From contig NW_027191458.1 in the NCBI RefSeq assembly GCF_011745625.1, positions 558,001 to 622,000 of the forward strand: DNA of 64,000 nt. Reading direction: 5' to 3'. Below are positions 33,315-43,744 of the stretch, piece after piece (position 1 is the first letter of the stretch; every line of letters begins with the position of its first letter). A program made the position numbers and the translations under genes. Source of the DNA: Cladosporium halotolerans (lineage: Eukaryota). The notes under the pieces are model-generated. The model did not search any database, was not told the DNA's origin, and was given only the letters and a program-made list of their open reading frames with translations.

Positions 33315-36051
33315 TCACTCATGGCCTGGCACTCGTGTTTGATCTTTGGACGGTGAACCGTTGCGGCTCCCAGGAGCGTCTTCGGCGACGCGCGAGCCGT
33401 TCGGTAGCGATGGCTCAGACGGAGGCTGCGGGCCTGTTGGTGTCTGGATGCCATTCGCCTGCTCCTGAGGTTGCTGACTCGCCATGTGTCGCGAGGTGCT
33501 GTCAGGCTCGTGAGCCGCTTCAGCGACTGCCGATGGTGTTTCTCCAACATCAGCGCTTTCGCCGACAGGATGAGGTTGCTGTCCCTGGGCCTGCACAGCC
33601 ACCACAGGCGCAGCATCGCTCTGCTCATACTTCGGCAAATCAATCTCCCCAGCAGCATCAGCATGACTGTCATGATTCAGATCCGCCTCGCTAGGCACCA
33701 GCGTGTCGTCGCCCACTTCCTCCAGCACCGCCTGCTCAGCTATCGGAGGCTGCGAAGGCAGTAGCGCCGGGACAGCCGCACTCGACTGCGCCACAGGAGC
33801 CGCGCCCACGTGATTGCTGTCAAGTGGTGGTGGCGCAGACGCTTCGGCCTCCAGCCGTCGGCGCTGCATCTCCTGCTTGTCATCCGTGACCGGGATGTGG
33901 TTCGATGGGCCCGCAGCAGGGAGGTACTCGGGCACGCGCGCGCGCGAGTCGCCATGTCGAGGTGCAGCGCCTGACGGGCCAGAGATTGACGGGTGGCGAG
34001 ATTCATACGCGGGCGTGGGCATGTCGTATTGATGCGGGACGAGCTCCTCTGGCAAGTAGGGAGCGGTGGGAGCAGAAGCGCCCGCCACGGCTTGTGGCTC
34101 CGCGCCTGGGGGCTGGCTGGGCAAGAGGCGTTCTTCCGCGCGCCGCGCCAGTTCTTTTTCAGAAAGTTGCGAATTGTCTGGCAGTTGTGGCATGGGGACT
34201 TCGTGCGCCTGGTCCCATCCGTACTCGTGGTAATACCAGTCGTCGTGGCCGCCTGGGGTGCCGTGGTACCAGTCATGGTGATCGTGGCCCCAGTATTCTT
34301 CTTCATGGTTATGGTAATGATGGTGATGGCCGGGTTCTGCGGATGGGGTCACAGGGTGATTTGCGCCGCCTCCGGTCTCTTCTTGCGTATTATCAGGCTT
34401 TGTTTCTTCCTTTCGCTTGCCTTTCCGTCGTTCACTGTCCCGTGTACCAATGACAACTTCGAAAGTGGCAGTCACGACACCTTTGTCTCGCCTGGCTGGT
34501 GCGGTGTCGACCAGTTGCGACCCAGGAGCGCCCATGATATTCCGATCGTTCTCTAGATCATCGCCTCCAGATGTTATCGTCGCGGTCAGCCCAGAAAGAC
34601 CCGCCATAGCTCGTTCCTGAGTTCCCAGTTTGCCCTGTATGTCAACCACGACTTCGACGTAATATTTAAAGCTGATCATAGCCCCAGGGACCGTGGAGAT
34701 GGTCGGAAAGGCATCGTCCGGTACTCGTACCCTGACCGTGATTTCTGACGACAAGCTTCCAGGATCTATAATTAAAGGCTGTACAGTCTGCGATAGATCT
34801 TTCCTGAACATGTGGCTGGAGCCAGCTCCTGATAGTGATAGTCCGCCGAGGCCCGTTTTCGACCGTGGATAGTAATCTTCGTACTTCGGATTCGAACTCT
34901 TCTCTGTCGGTCCTAGAGGTATCGCAGGGTGCATGTCTACTCGTGCCTGGCGGTAAAGCGTTACGATAACGCCGTTCATAGACTTGATGTGTTTCACGTG
35001 GTTGACATTGACCCTTACAGGAATGCTGTCGCCACGCAGACAACCCCCTACGCACGATTCAATTTGCGTGGTGATGTTTTTGACCGCAATAGAGCCCTTA
35101 CTATCATTAGGCTTGGTTCTGGTGCTTGTGCTTTGCGACTGGGAGCTAGAATCCAGCTGCGAGTGCCTGTTCGAGCTACTCCGGGCGCTCTCAAAACTCA
35201 TCTGACTAGGCGATGGGCTCATCGCAGGATCGCTGTCGTGGTGTGTGCTGGGAGCTGTGGAATTGCTGTCTCGAGGAGGGTCGCTGCGAGATGCAGAGTC
35301 CGTTTTGCGGCTCTTGCGATCTGACGGATCAACCAGCTTCCGTGCTTGATCTTTCGCTACTTTCCTTCGCGAAAGGGCTTCCAGTGTGATCGTTCTTGAT
35401 TTTGGCGGATACAGCGGTGAGATGTCGATACGCTCGACGAAATAGACCTTGCGATCGCATGATACCGTGGGCGATATTGTCGTTGGTTTAGTGACGGTTG
35501 CGGTGATCATGTAGGATACTGTCCCTCGCTCGAACTTTCAATGGGTTAGTCAGGTGTATATTGCGCTTCCGCCGTTCAGAACTCACATCGATGCTGCTCG
35601 GTAGATCCGTATCTGGAAATTCCAATTCGAAATTGAATTGATATGCTCCCTCCGCCAGTCTGCCGTCGCCGCACAAGACGAGCTCATCCTCGAAAAGAGA
35701 AGCGAAGCCATTCCCGAAGTATTCTGCTGATTTCTTCCCCCGGCCAGTGCCCAAGTAGCCAGGCGTCGCCCGGAATCCTTCGCCCGGGGAGCCGGGATTC
35801 TTGAACACTTGCGCGTACCCGTGCAGCGAGACGACGATGTGCGTGACGCGCACCGGCCTCAGCACACGCAGTCGCACGCTACCAGAAACAATATCACCGG
35901 GCGAGTATTGCTTGTGCGGCTCGTCGGGCTGGATGTAGAAGTCGGTGATGCTGCGCGACTTGGTTGCGAAGGGCGAGGTCAGGCGCGAGAGGATGCGACG
36001 TCCAGGCGAGGATGACGGGGCGGCGGAGGAGCGGTCGGGAGTTGATAGCAT
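33315..36051 (-). CDS. palF: Arrestin-like ambient pH signalling protein PalF/Rim8; intron 35535-35586
   Basis: YFGNGFASLFEDELVLCGDGRL, LPSSIDFERGTVSY, YEDYYPRSKTGLGGLSLS and FKYYVEVVVD; C-terminal SAPTAP/EASAPP motifs. True start uncertain. Confidence 0.9.
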
Positions 36052-36589
36052 GCTGGTGCGGCGCGACCGAGGGCGCACGCGCAGGCCTCGACTCGGAGCG
36101 AGAGGCGGCGAGGCGCGGGACTCGTGCGTGCACTTGGTGTTCGTCTCAACCCGGCGTCAGCGAGTCGGCCACGCCAAGCCGGGGTGAAGGTTAGGGTTGG
36201 GCGGGATGGGAGAGGGCGGCGGTGGCAGCTGTCCTGGCGCGCTGCATGGTCAGTAGAGCGCGGGAGGCATAAGCGCAGGCGGCGTGAGGGCGGATCGGGC
36301 GGTGCAGACGGGGTTGTGGGCGGTGGTGGTGGGCGCGCGGTGGGAGAGTCGCAATGGGACGAGGCCGTGCATGGACCATGACGCGGTCGGGCTGTGTGAA
36401 GGTGGGTGGGCGAGGGAGGGCTGGTGCTCGAGGGGAGAGGGGGCGCAGGCGGGGATGGCAGGCTGTCGAGGCTGCGTCGCGGAGCCGGCGGGCTGCTGTC
36501 AACGGCCTCACTCGCCGTCCACCAACACCGCCGTCGACACAAACACACACACTGTTACGCCTCGTCCTCGACGCGCCGTCCGCACGTCA

Positions 36590-36661
36590 CTTGGCCTGGC
36601 CTGGTCGGATCACTCACCTGCACCTGTTGCGACACCGCACGAGGGTGCCAAGTTCGCCAAG
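36590..36661. promoter_or_regulatory. Cluster of four PacC/Rim101 sites (GCCARG) upstream of palF
   Basis: CTTGGC 36590, CCTGGC 36595, GCCAAG 36647, GCCAAG 36656; a fifth GCCAAG at 36173. Confidence 0.7.
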
Positions 36662-37538
36662 CTGGAGCTTAAGTCGAGTGCTCGCGGTCTCGCGGTGTTC
36701 TGCTGACGCCGGCCACACGTGGGCGGAGAGCGAAGCTTTTAGCTGTCCGGGATCGCAGCCGGGTACTGTATCGATGTCGCGTGTCGTGCTTCGCTTCCAT
36801 GCGCGGCGTGCTCGATGCAGTCACAATAAACACACCACTGCCCTCGGGCGAATCAGGGGATCTCGACTCCCCAGACCTCTTTCCGACGTGTCACATAGCG
36901 GGCTTGCCCTGTGGGAGACCTTGCAGCTCTGCCGCCAGACCCACCTTTAGGATCACGACCGGAATGATAAGGAACGTCTGGAGGCCAGCCTGCCGTGGCA
37001 AGTCTCCATCCGAATAGCGGTGCATCTTGCTCGCTGACATAGCATGGGAGGGTCGAGGCTGAAACGAGCCTCGGATTTGATCATAGGCGATGTGTGTTTA
37101 TAATCCAAAGTTCGCGACGTTGACGTTTCCACTCGCGAAGGGCCGAGGTTCCGCACCCCGTGGGCTATCATCAACAGTGTTTGTGCTTCTCTTGTTTCTG
37201 GTCTTGGTCAATCAATTGAACGATTTTCATCTCATTCATCAATAAATTGTAATCCCATCTCAGCCTTCCAAAACAGTGCGGACGATTTCTGCAGACGACA
37301 CGAAACAATGCGATGCGCACCCCTCATCTCACCTATTCGTCAGCATTCACTTCAGCTGCCACCGTCAAGGTTAGGTAATCACAGCGGGGTACACTTTGGC
37401 ACGTCATGCTCCCACCTGCCGCCGCGCCGGCTCGCATGGAGCTCTAGCAGTCGAGCGCATATAAAGAAACGAACGGCATTTGCTCCTCCTGTCCGTCGAC
37501 AATTTCATCAGACTACACACCGCAACACAGCATCAACA

Positions 37539-38407
37539 ATGGCGGACCAACTCTACACCAGCGAGACGCCCTCCGAGGTGAAGAACGCCAAAGGCCTTCA
37601 CCTCATCACAATGAACACGCCCAACGGCCAGGCCGTCCAGATCCTGCTCGAGGAGCTCAAGGATGCCTACGGCACGGAATGGACCACCACGCTCATCGAC
37701 ATCATGACAAACGAGCAGAAGAAGGAGTGGTTCCTCCGTCTCGACCCTAACGGCATGTCGCCACTTCCATTCCCTAGATACAAACAAACCCATTGCTAAT
37801 CGTCTCACCAAACAGGCCGCATCCCCGTCCTGGTCGACAACACCCAGAACCCGCCATTCCCAGTCATGGAGACCTCCGCCGAAATGCTCTACCTCCTCAA
37901 AACAGCCGACAAGAACGACACCTTCGGCTTCAAAGACGAGCTCGAGCGCAACCAATGCCTGCAGTGGACGTTCTTTTGGCACGGCTCTGGCGCGCCCTAC
38001 CAAGGTAAGATCCAAAAAAAGAAATCGCTCAGAAATCCCCACCACCCAGCGACTAACCCCGACCCCCAACAGGCCAAGTAAACCACTTCAGCCGCGCCGC
38101 GCCGGAGAAAATCCCCTACGCCATCAACCGCTTCCGCAACGAGACCCTGCGCGTCTACGGCGTGCTCGAGATCCAGCTCTCGGGCAAGTACACGGGCGCC
38201 CCGCGCGAGTACCTCGCCGGCAACGGCAAGGGCAAGTACAGCATTGCCGACATGAAGACCTGGCCCTGGGTCAAGGGCTGGGAGCGCTCGGGCTTCACCG
38301 AGGAGGATATGAAGCCGTTCCCGCATGTCAAGCAGTGGATTGAGAGGGTTGGGAAGAGGGGCGCGGTGCAGAGGGGGATTGGGGACGCTTACGTGCAGAA
38401 CAAGTGA
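37539..38407 (+). CDS. Glutathione S-transferase, Ure2p/YfcG-like class; 2 introns (first GC-AG, 37753-37815)
   Basis: TPNGQAVQILLEEL, EQKKEWFLRLDPNGRIPVLVD, METSAEMLYL, KYSIADMKTWPW. Confidence 0.9.
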
Positions 38408-38787
38408 GTGCGTTCGCTCTTTGGTTGGGTCTCAGGGGAAGTTGTGTTGGAGGCGACTGACGGTCATTATCACGACGAAGAAACGACAAGGTCCAAGTGA
38501 AGCCTTCAAGAATATGAACGGTGGTTTAGTGAACAGTGCGAACACGTGTCTCGTTGCCGCGCGCGCGTGTGTGTGTAAGAACTGTTCCCATGCCAGTTGC
38601 TGTCTGTTTCGTTACGATGTCCTGTGGTCGTTCTAGTAATCATTACTTTCCAAAGTCATTTAGCGTTGCTGATCGCCCGTCCCGGTTGCCGCTCCGGTGA
38701 TTCGCCCTAAGCAGCTGCCTGGAGCAGTGCTCACTCCCAATCCAACGCAATGAATGTCGTCCCTGCGGCCGAAGACTGCCCTTCCAC

Positions 38788-40003
38788 TCAAATCGCATCC
38801 AGCTGAAAGTCCCTCAGCGCCTCATCCTCCTCGACATCGCCCGCATTCCCGCCCAGCTCGTCCTCCCGATCGTCTTCCAGACTCAGCCCCAGCAGCTGAT
38901 CCAGCGAAGTCTTTCCGCCTCCAAACGGCAGCTGCGAGCCAGCAGGTCTATCCGCAGGCCTCTTGTGGATATCCTCAAGCGGAGTGCGCGAAGCGCCGGA
39001 AACCGCGCGCCCTTTGGAGTACCCGAGAGTGGTGTTCGAAGCTGCTCTGGCAGCGCCGTGGCGAGGGTTGCCTGCGGTTGTGGAGTTGAGGATCGGCTTT
39101 CTTGAGGCTGGGAGGCCTGGTGTCCGGGCTCTGGTGGTGGCCGTGGGTGCGGCGAAGTTGCGGGTCCCGGTGCTTCGCGATCCGAGCGCTGATGAAGCGC
39201 TTCTTGCGGCGATGGTGGGCGGTGCTCGGTCGGCGAGAGGGTTTCTCTTTGTCGCTGTTGGATTTGATTTGACGACGGCGGGCTGCTTGGACTTCTTCTC
39301 CGCCTGCTGCTTCTCCAACTTCCGGATTTTCTCGTCCAAGTCGCTCATCTCGCCCTCGTCGTCTTCGTCTTTTTGAGATTTGTACTCGGAGGCCCAGCCG
39401 CGGGTCACGTTCCTGCCCTGGAACTGAGGGTAGGTCCTGTCGTGGGGGAAGTCTTCGGGGTAGTCGGGCAGGGGAATCTCGCGTGGCGGCATGTACTCGA
39501 TCTCGCGCTCTGCGTCTGCATCGTGCGTTTCTGGCTCAGATTGGAGGACTTTGACTTTTGATCTGCGCGTGCGAGGACTGGTTGGCTTCGCTGATGGCTG
39601 CTCTTGAACGGGTTGTGCGGCTGGTGTTCGGAAAGCATTGGTTCTTGCGTTTGTTGTTTTGTTTCCTAGAGGTGCTCTGTTGCGAGGTCCTGCATTGGTC
39701 GTTAGCCTGCTTCAAATCTGTAATGTTATCGAAGGTCGCATGCGTACCTGCAGGCGTTACGAAGGCGCTAGGATCTACTTTGCCACCCTTGCCATCGCCG
39801 AAAAGCCCATCTTTGCCTTTACCGCCGGTCTTGCCAGCGCCAAAGGTCACATTTTCATCGTTGAGTGTGACCTTGAATGGTGTTTTCGGTGCCTTATACC
39901 CCGGTGTTTTGGGCGCGAGATTGTTTACACCGTGATTCTTGGCTGCCGTGGCCTGCTGCTGCTGGTAGACGGCATTTTCCTGATTGTTCCTGGTCGAAAA
40001 CAT
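38788..40003 (-). CDS. Probable securin (separase inhibitor, Pds1/Cut2-like); intron 39690-39747
   Basis: Spliced product has a D-box RAPLGNKTTN, several TP/SP sites and EREIEYMPPREIPLPDYPEDFP. Confidence 0.75.
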
Positions 40004-40345
40004 CTTCAATACGCTAGATGGTTAGTGCAGTTCCCGTCTGTATGATGGTGTCAACAAAACACTCGCACTTTACATTGCTTTGCTGTTGTGTTCACCGTTT
40101 CTTCAGGGCCGCGCTGCACGGCAACTGTTGACAAACAGTGCGGGCACAGCCGCGAACCCTGCATACACAGGAGCAGCAGCCCGCCGCCCGAACTGCTGGC
40201 CGTTGCTGCTGCGTACGTGTGAGCGGGAGGCTCCCACTTTCTCAACACCACCACAAACACCACCAACCACCACATCATCACAAACTCTCGAAACACACTC
40301 TACCGCAACCTCATCACCCACAATACTTCATTCGCACCCGCAAAA

Positions 40346-41018
40346 ATGGACGCCATCAAGCAGGTGAGCCACCCCTATCTCACCGGTCTTCTACCCCTCA
40401 GTGCCCGCTTGGGGCTTACGGCCTGCAACATGTCTCACATGTGATTCAAAAGATGTAATTTACTGACACGATATCATTCAGCGCATGAACGCCCTTAGAC
40501 TCGAGGCCGACGAGTCCGCTGGCAGGGTCGAGGAGCTCTCCGCCAAGGTCAGGACTCTCGAGCAGGAGAACCTTCAGAAGGAGCAGGAGATCACCTCCCT
40601 GCAGCACAGGAATGGCGTGCTCGAGCAGGAGGTCGAGAAGCTCGAGAACCTTCACAAGGACGCCAAGGCCGCCGTCGACGAGAGCGCACAGCACGGCACG
40701 CAGAACGAGTCGCTGCAGAGGAGACTCCAGCTGCTCGAGGAGGAGGCCGAGGAGAACGACAAGAACCTGAGGGAGACCAACGAGAAGTACGGCTCCTCCG
40801 ATATGCGAAGTCTTGAATTGTCCGTGTTGCAGCAGCGGCTAACACAATCCTGCAGGCTCCGCCAGACCGACGTCAAGGCTGGCCACTACGAGCGCAAGGT
40901 CCAGGCCCTCGAGCAGACCTCCGACCAGTGGGAGAAGAAGTACGAGGAGATGGCGAAGAAGTACGCCGACACCAAGAAGGAGCTCGACGACTTCGTTGCG
41001 GAGATTGGTAACATCTGA
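40346..41018 (+). CDS. tpmA: Tropomyosin (Cdc8/Tpm1); introns 40364-40481 and 40787-40855
   Basis: MDAIKQRMNALRLEAD...LQRRLQLLEEEAEE...KLRQTDVKAGHYERKVQALE continuous coiled coil. Confidence 0.95.
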
Positions 41019-41375
41019 GCAACTCCCAAATCAAAAACCATTCGACTTCACGGGCACACATCCTCGCTTCAAATGCAATCGTGCTAACGTTGCATGCGTC
41101 TTTGATAGCCTTCTACAACCCGAAAGGCGCGCTCGCAAAGCCTCTTCACACCCACAAGAAGGGCAACGGGAAGGGCTTCTTGTAACGGCGTCCAGACGGG
41201 TGGTCGGCTGTCAACAAATTCGAACGATGCTGCAATGGCTGAGCCTGAGAGAGAGTCCCCTAGAACTTTTGCATAATAATACCCTTGCACAACTTCACCT
41301 TCTGGCCCTGGTAGGCAGTGAACTGATTCGAGAGAAACAAGAAATGGGAAGATTAAAAAAGTGTCATTACATTCA

Positions 41376-42067
41376 TTACGCGCCAGATTTGCGTGCCGCC
41401 GCTGCCTTCGCGTTCTTCTTCTTCTGCTTGTCTCTGGTTGCTTTCCTCTCGGTCTTCGTTTCATATCTGAACTTCTTCTTTTTCTGCTTCGGCTTCGCCT
41501 TGCCGTCTTTCATCCACGGTCGCTTCTTTGTCTTTTCTGTTGTTGTTTTGTCCTCTTCAGGCTTTTGCGGAGGCTTACGTTCTGTCTCCTCTTCTTCGTC
41601 GCTACCGCCCATCGCTTCGACCGTAACGGTTGTGTATTTGTCTTCGTCCACGTACTCGTCCTCCTGTCCGTCCACATCGTCTACAGCGCCGAAGCCCTCG
41701 AAAGTCCCTTCTTCACCCTCTCCTTCGTCTTCCGATTCCGAGCTCAAGTCTGGATTCTGCTTGCGCAGTTCGGCGTTGAATTCTTTCAAGTGGTTCTCGA
41801 GATCCTGTTTGCGCTGCTCTCTCATCTGTTGTACGACATGTTAGCCTCGAATTACCTCCCAACTTCGATAGCAGATATCCCTACCTCTTTCCTCGCTTGT
41901 ACTGCCGCCTCCTTCGCCCTCTTTTCCGCTACCTCGCGTCCATGTTCCGCTCGTTGCACTTTGCGCTTGTGGAAGCCGCTGAGGTATTCTTGTCGCGCTT
42001 CTGGGTCGAACGAAATTTCCTCCACTTGCTTCGCATTGACCTTGCGACGCTTGTCTGCTGGTGGCAT
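41376..42067 (-). CDS. RRP17: rRNA processing protein Rrp17/Nol12; intron 41826-41884
   Basis: ISFDPEARQEYLSGFHKRKVQR and C-terminal KKKKFRYETKTER. Confidence 0.9.
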
Positions 42068-42185
42068 GGTCGCGTATTATTTTGCGGTGTGGTGTATCAG
42101 GGAAATATGTTTGGGACCTGGAGATTTCTTGAACGTCTCGCCGTAGATCTCGGCTTGTGAAAGAGGGCTCGAGCCCTGCATTCGC

Positions 42186-42198
42186 TTAGGGTTAGGGT
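42186..42198. promoter_or_regulatory. (TTAGGG)2 telo-box in the RRP17 / VOA1-like bidirectional promoter
   Basis: ttagggttagggt in a ~240 bp divergent intergenic region. Confidence 0.5.
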
Positions 42199-42307
42199 AA
42201 GCGTGTCGAGTCGCCGCCGCGCCATCTCCGGAACGTCACTGGGAGCTCCCGGCCTACAACACGCTTCGAGATCCTGCGTATCTTGTCGCAACACTCACAT
42301 CGCCGCC

Positions 42308-43373
42308 ATGCTGTTGAGATCGATAGGAGCAGCGCTCCTCTCTGTGGGCGCCGCTCACGGCTTCAAGAACAGCTCGCCCTTCTTCATGCTCTCGACCGAG
42401 CCGTACGCCTCTCTTCCTCAGCCACCGCGAAACAGGCAGACAACTAACCGCGCTATCACAGGTCTAACGGTGGGATCGAGAGCGCGCTGGTCAACACTGC
42501 CGACAAGGTCTCTAGCGGTCTTTTGAAGGCCGTCGGCGACTGCTCCCAGTCCCAGTACACAATCATTTCGCAACCCGGCCTCACGGTCGCCGACCTTCAC
42601 AGCGAGGAGAGCAAGAGCACGGGAAGGCTGTCGGGCAGCGACAAGTACCAGCAGAAAGTGAAGATTGAGAATGTGCTTTCCGAGGTGGACGCAGTAAAGC
42701 TCGCCGGCAAGATTGCGAGCAGATGCGGCGTTGCGGACCAGGGATCCAAGGCTATGGGCAACTATGCCTCCAAGCAGGAGTTCACCGGTGCCGGCAAGGA
42801 GGTGTCTTTCGTGAAGTTCGACCCTCTGCCTGAGGAAGACGCTGCCAGGTCAAAGAAGCTGGCTCTTCTCCGTACGTTGCATCAGGCTGTATCACATTTG
42901 GACCTCAATGCTGATTGCGCTATCAGACCGCTACCTCGATGAGACCTTCTCCCCCGAGGACGCACAAGACCACATGGTCATCGTCCTCTCCACCCCCAGC
43001 GAATCCTTCTCCCACCCCGAGCACCTTTACGAGATGGACGAGCCGTACCCTAGCGCCATGCACCAGGACCTCAAGCGCGACATCGAGTACTCGCCGCTGA
43101 AGAGCAGCAACTCCAGCATGCAGGACGGCCTGCCGCTGTTCGAGAAGTACCAGTTCCTCTCGCCTGGTAAGCCTTGAGACCCCGCCCACATCATACTCAA
43201 ACCAATTGCTAACCTGGTCTCCCCAAGGCATCTTCATGGGCCTCACCGTTAGCCTGTTCCTCATTGTCATCCTCTACGTCGGCGTGTCCGCCATCGCCGG
43301 CCTCGAGGTCTCTTACATGGCTTTCAGCAAGGAGATGGGTCCTGCTGCGCAGAACAAGGGCAAGCAGCAGTAG
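42308..43373 (+). CDS. ER membrane protein of the Ac45/Voa1/Big1 type; 3 introns
   Basis: Signal peptide then FKNSSPFF; C-terminal LFEKYQFLSPGIFMGL, TM helix, LEVSYMAFSKEMGP...KGKQQ. Confidence 0.82.
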
Positions 43374-43744
43374 AGTGGCAGTTCATCGGCATAGCAGGGT
43401 GGACACGCCCTGGTGTAGAGTCTTCTTGTTTGATGAGGCGCGGGGTTAGTGCTGTTGATTATTGTACGTTTACTATGGATACCACGCAATGTAGAAAAAG
43501 GAAGAAACCGCCAAAGTTACTTGTGACAAGAGAGTTGTTTTTGCATTGGGTGGTCGTTCGTCTGGCCGTGGTTGTGCCTGCGCAACAGTGCGTAGCGCTG
43601 AATTCGAGTGCTTTGATGTTTGATTCAGAGAAGTACTTTCTTACAGCGACGGTGTTTCTTATGAGATGTTGTTTAGACATGGGTATCGTAAGTATACAAG
43701 TCTTGCTCGACGCTAGCAACCCTCGCATTTTTACACGAGCTCGC

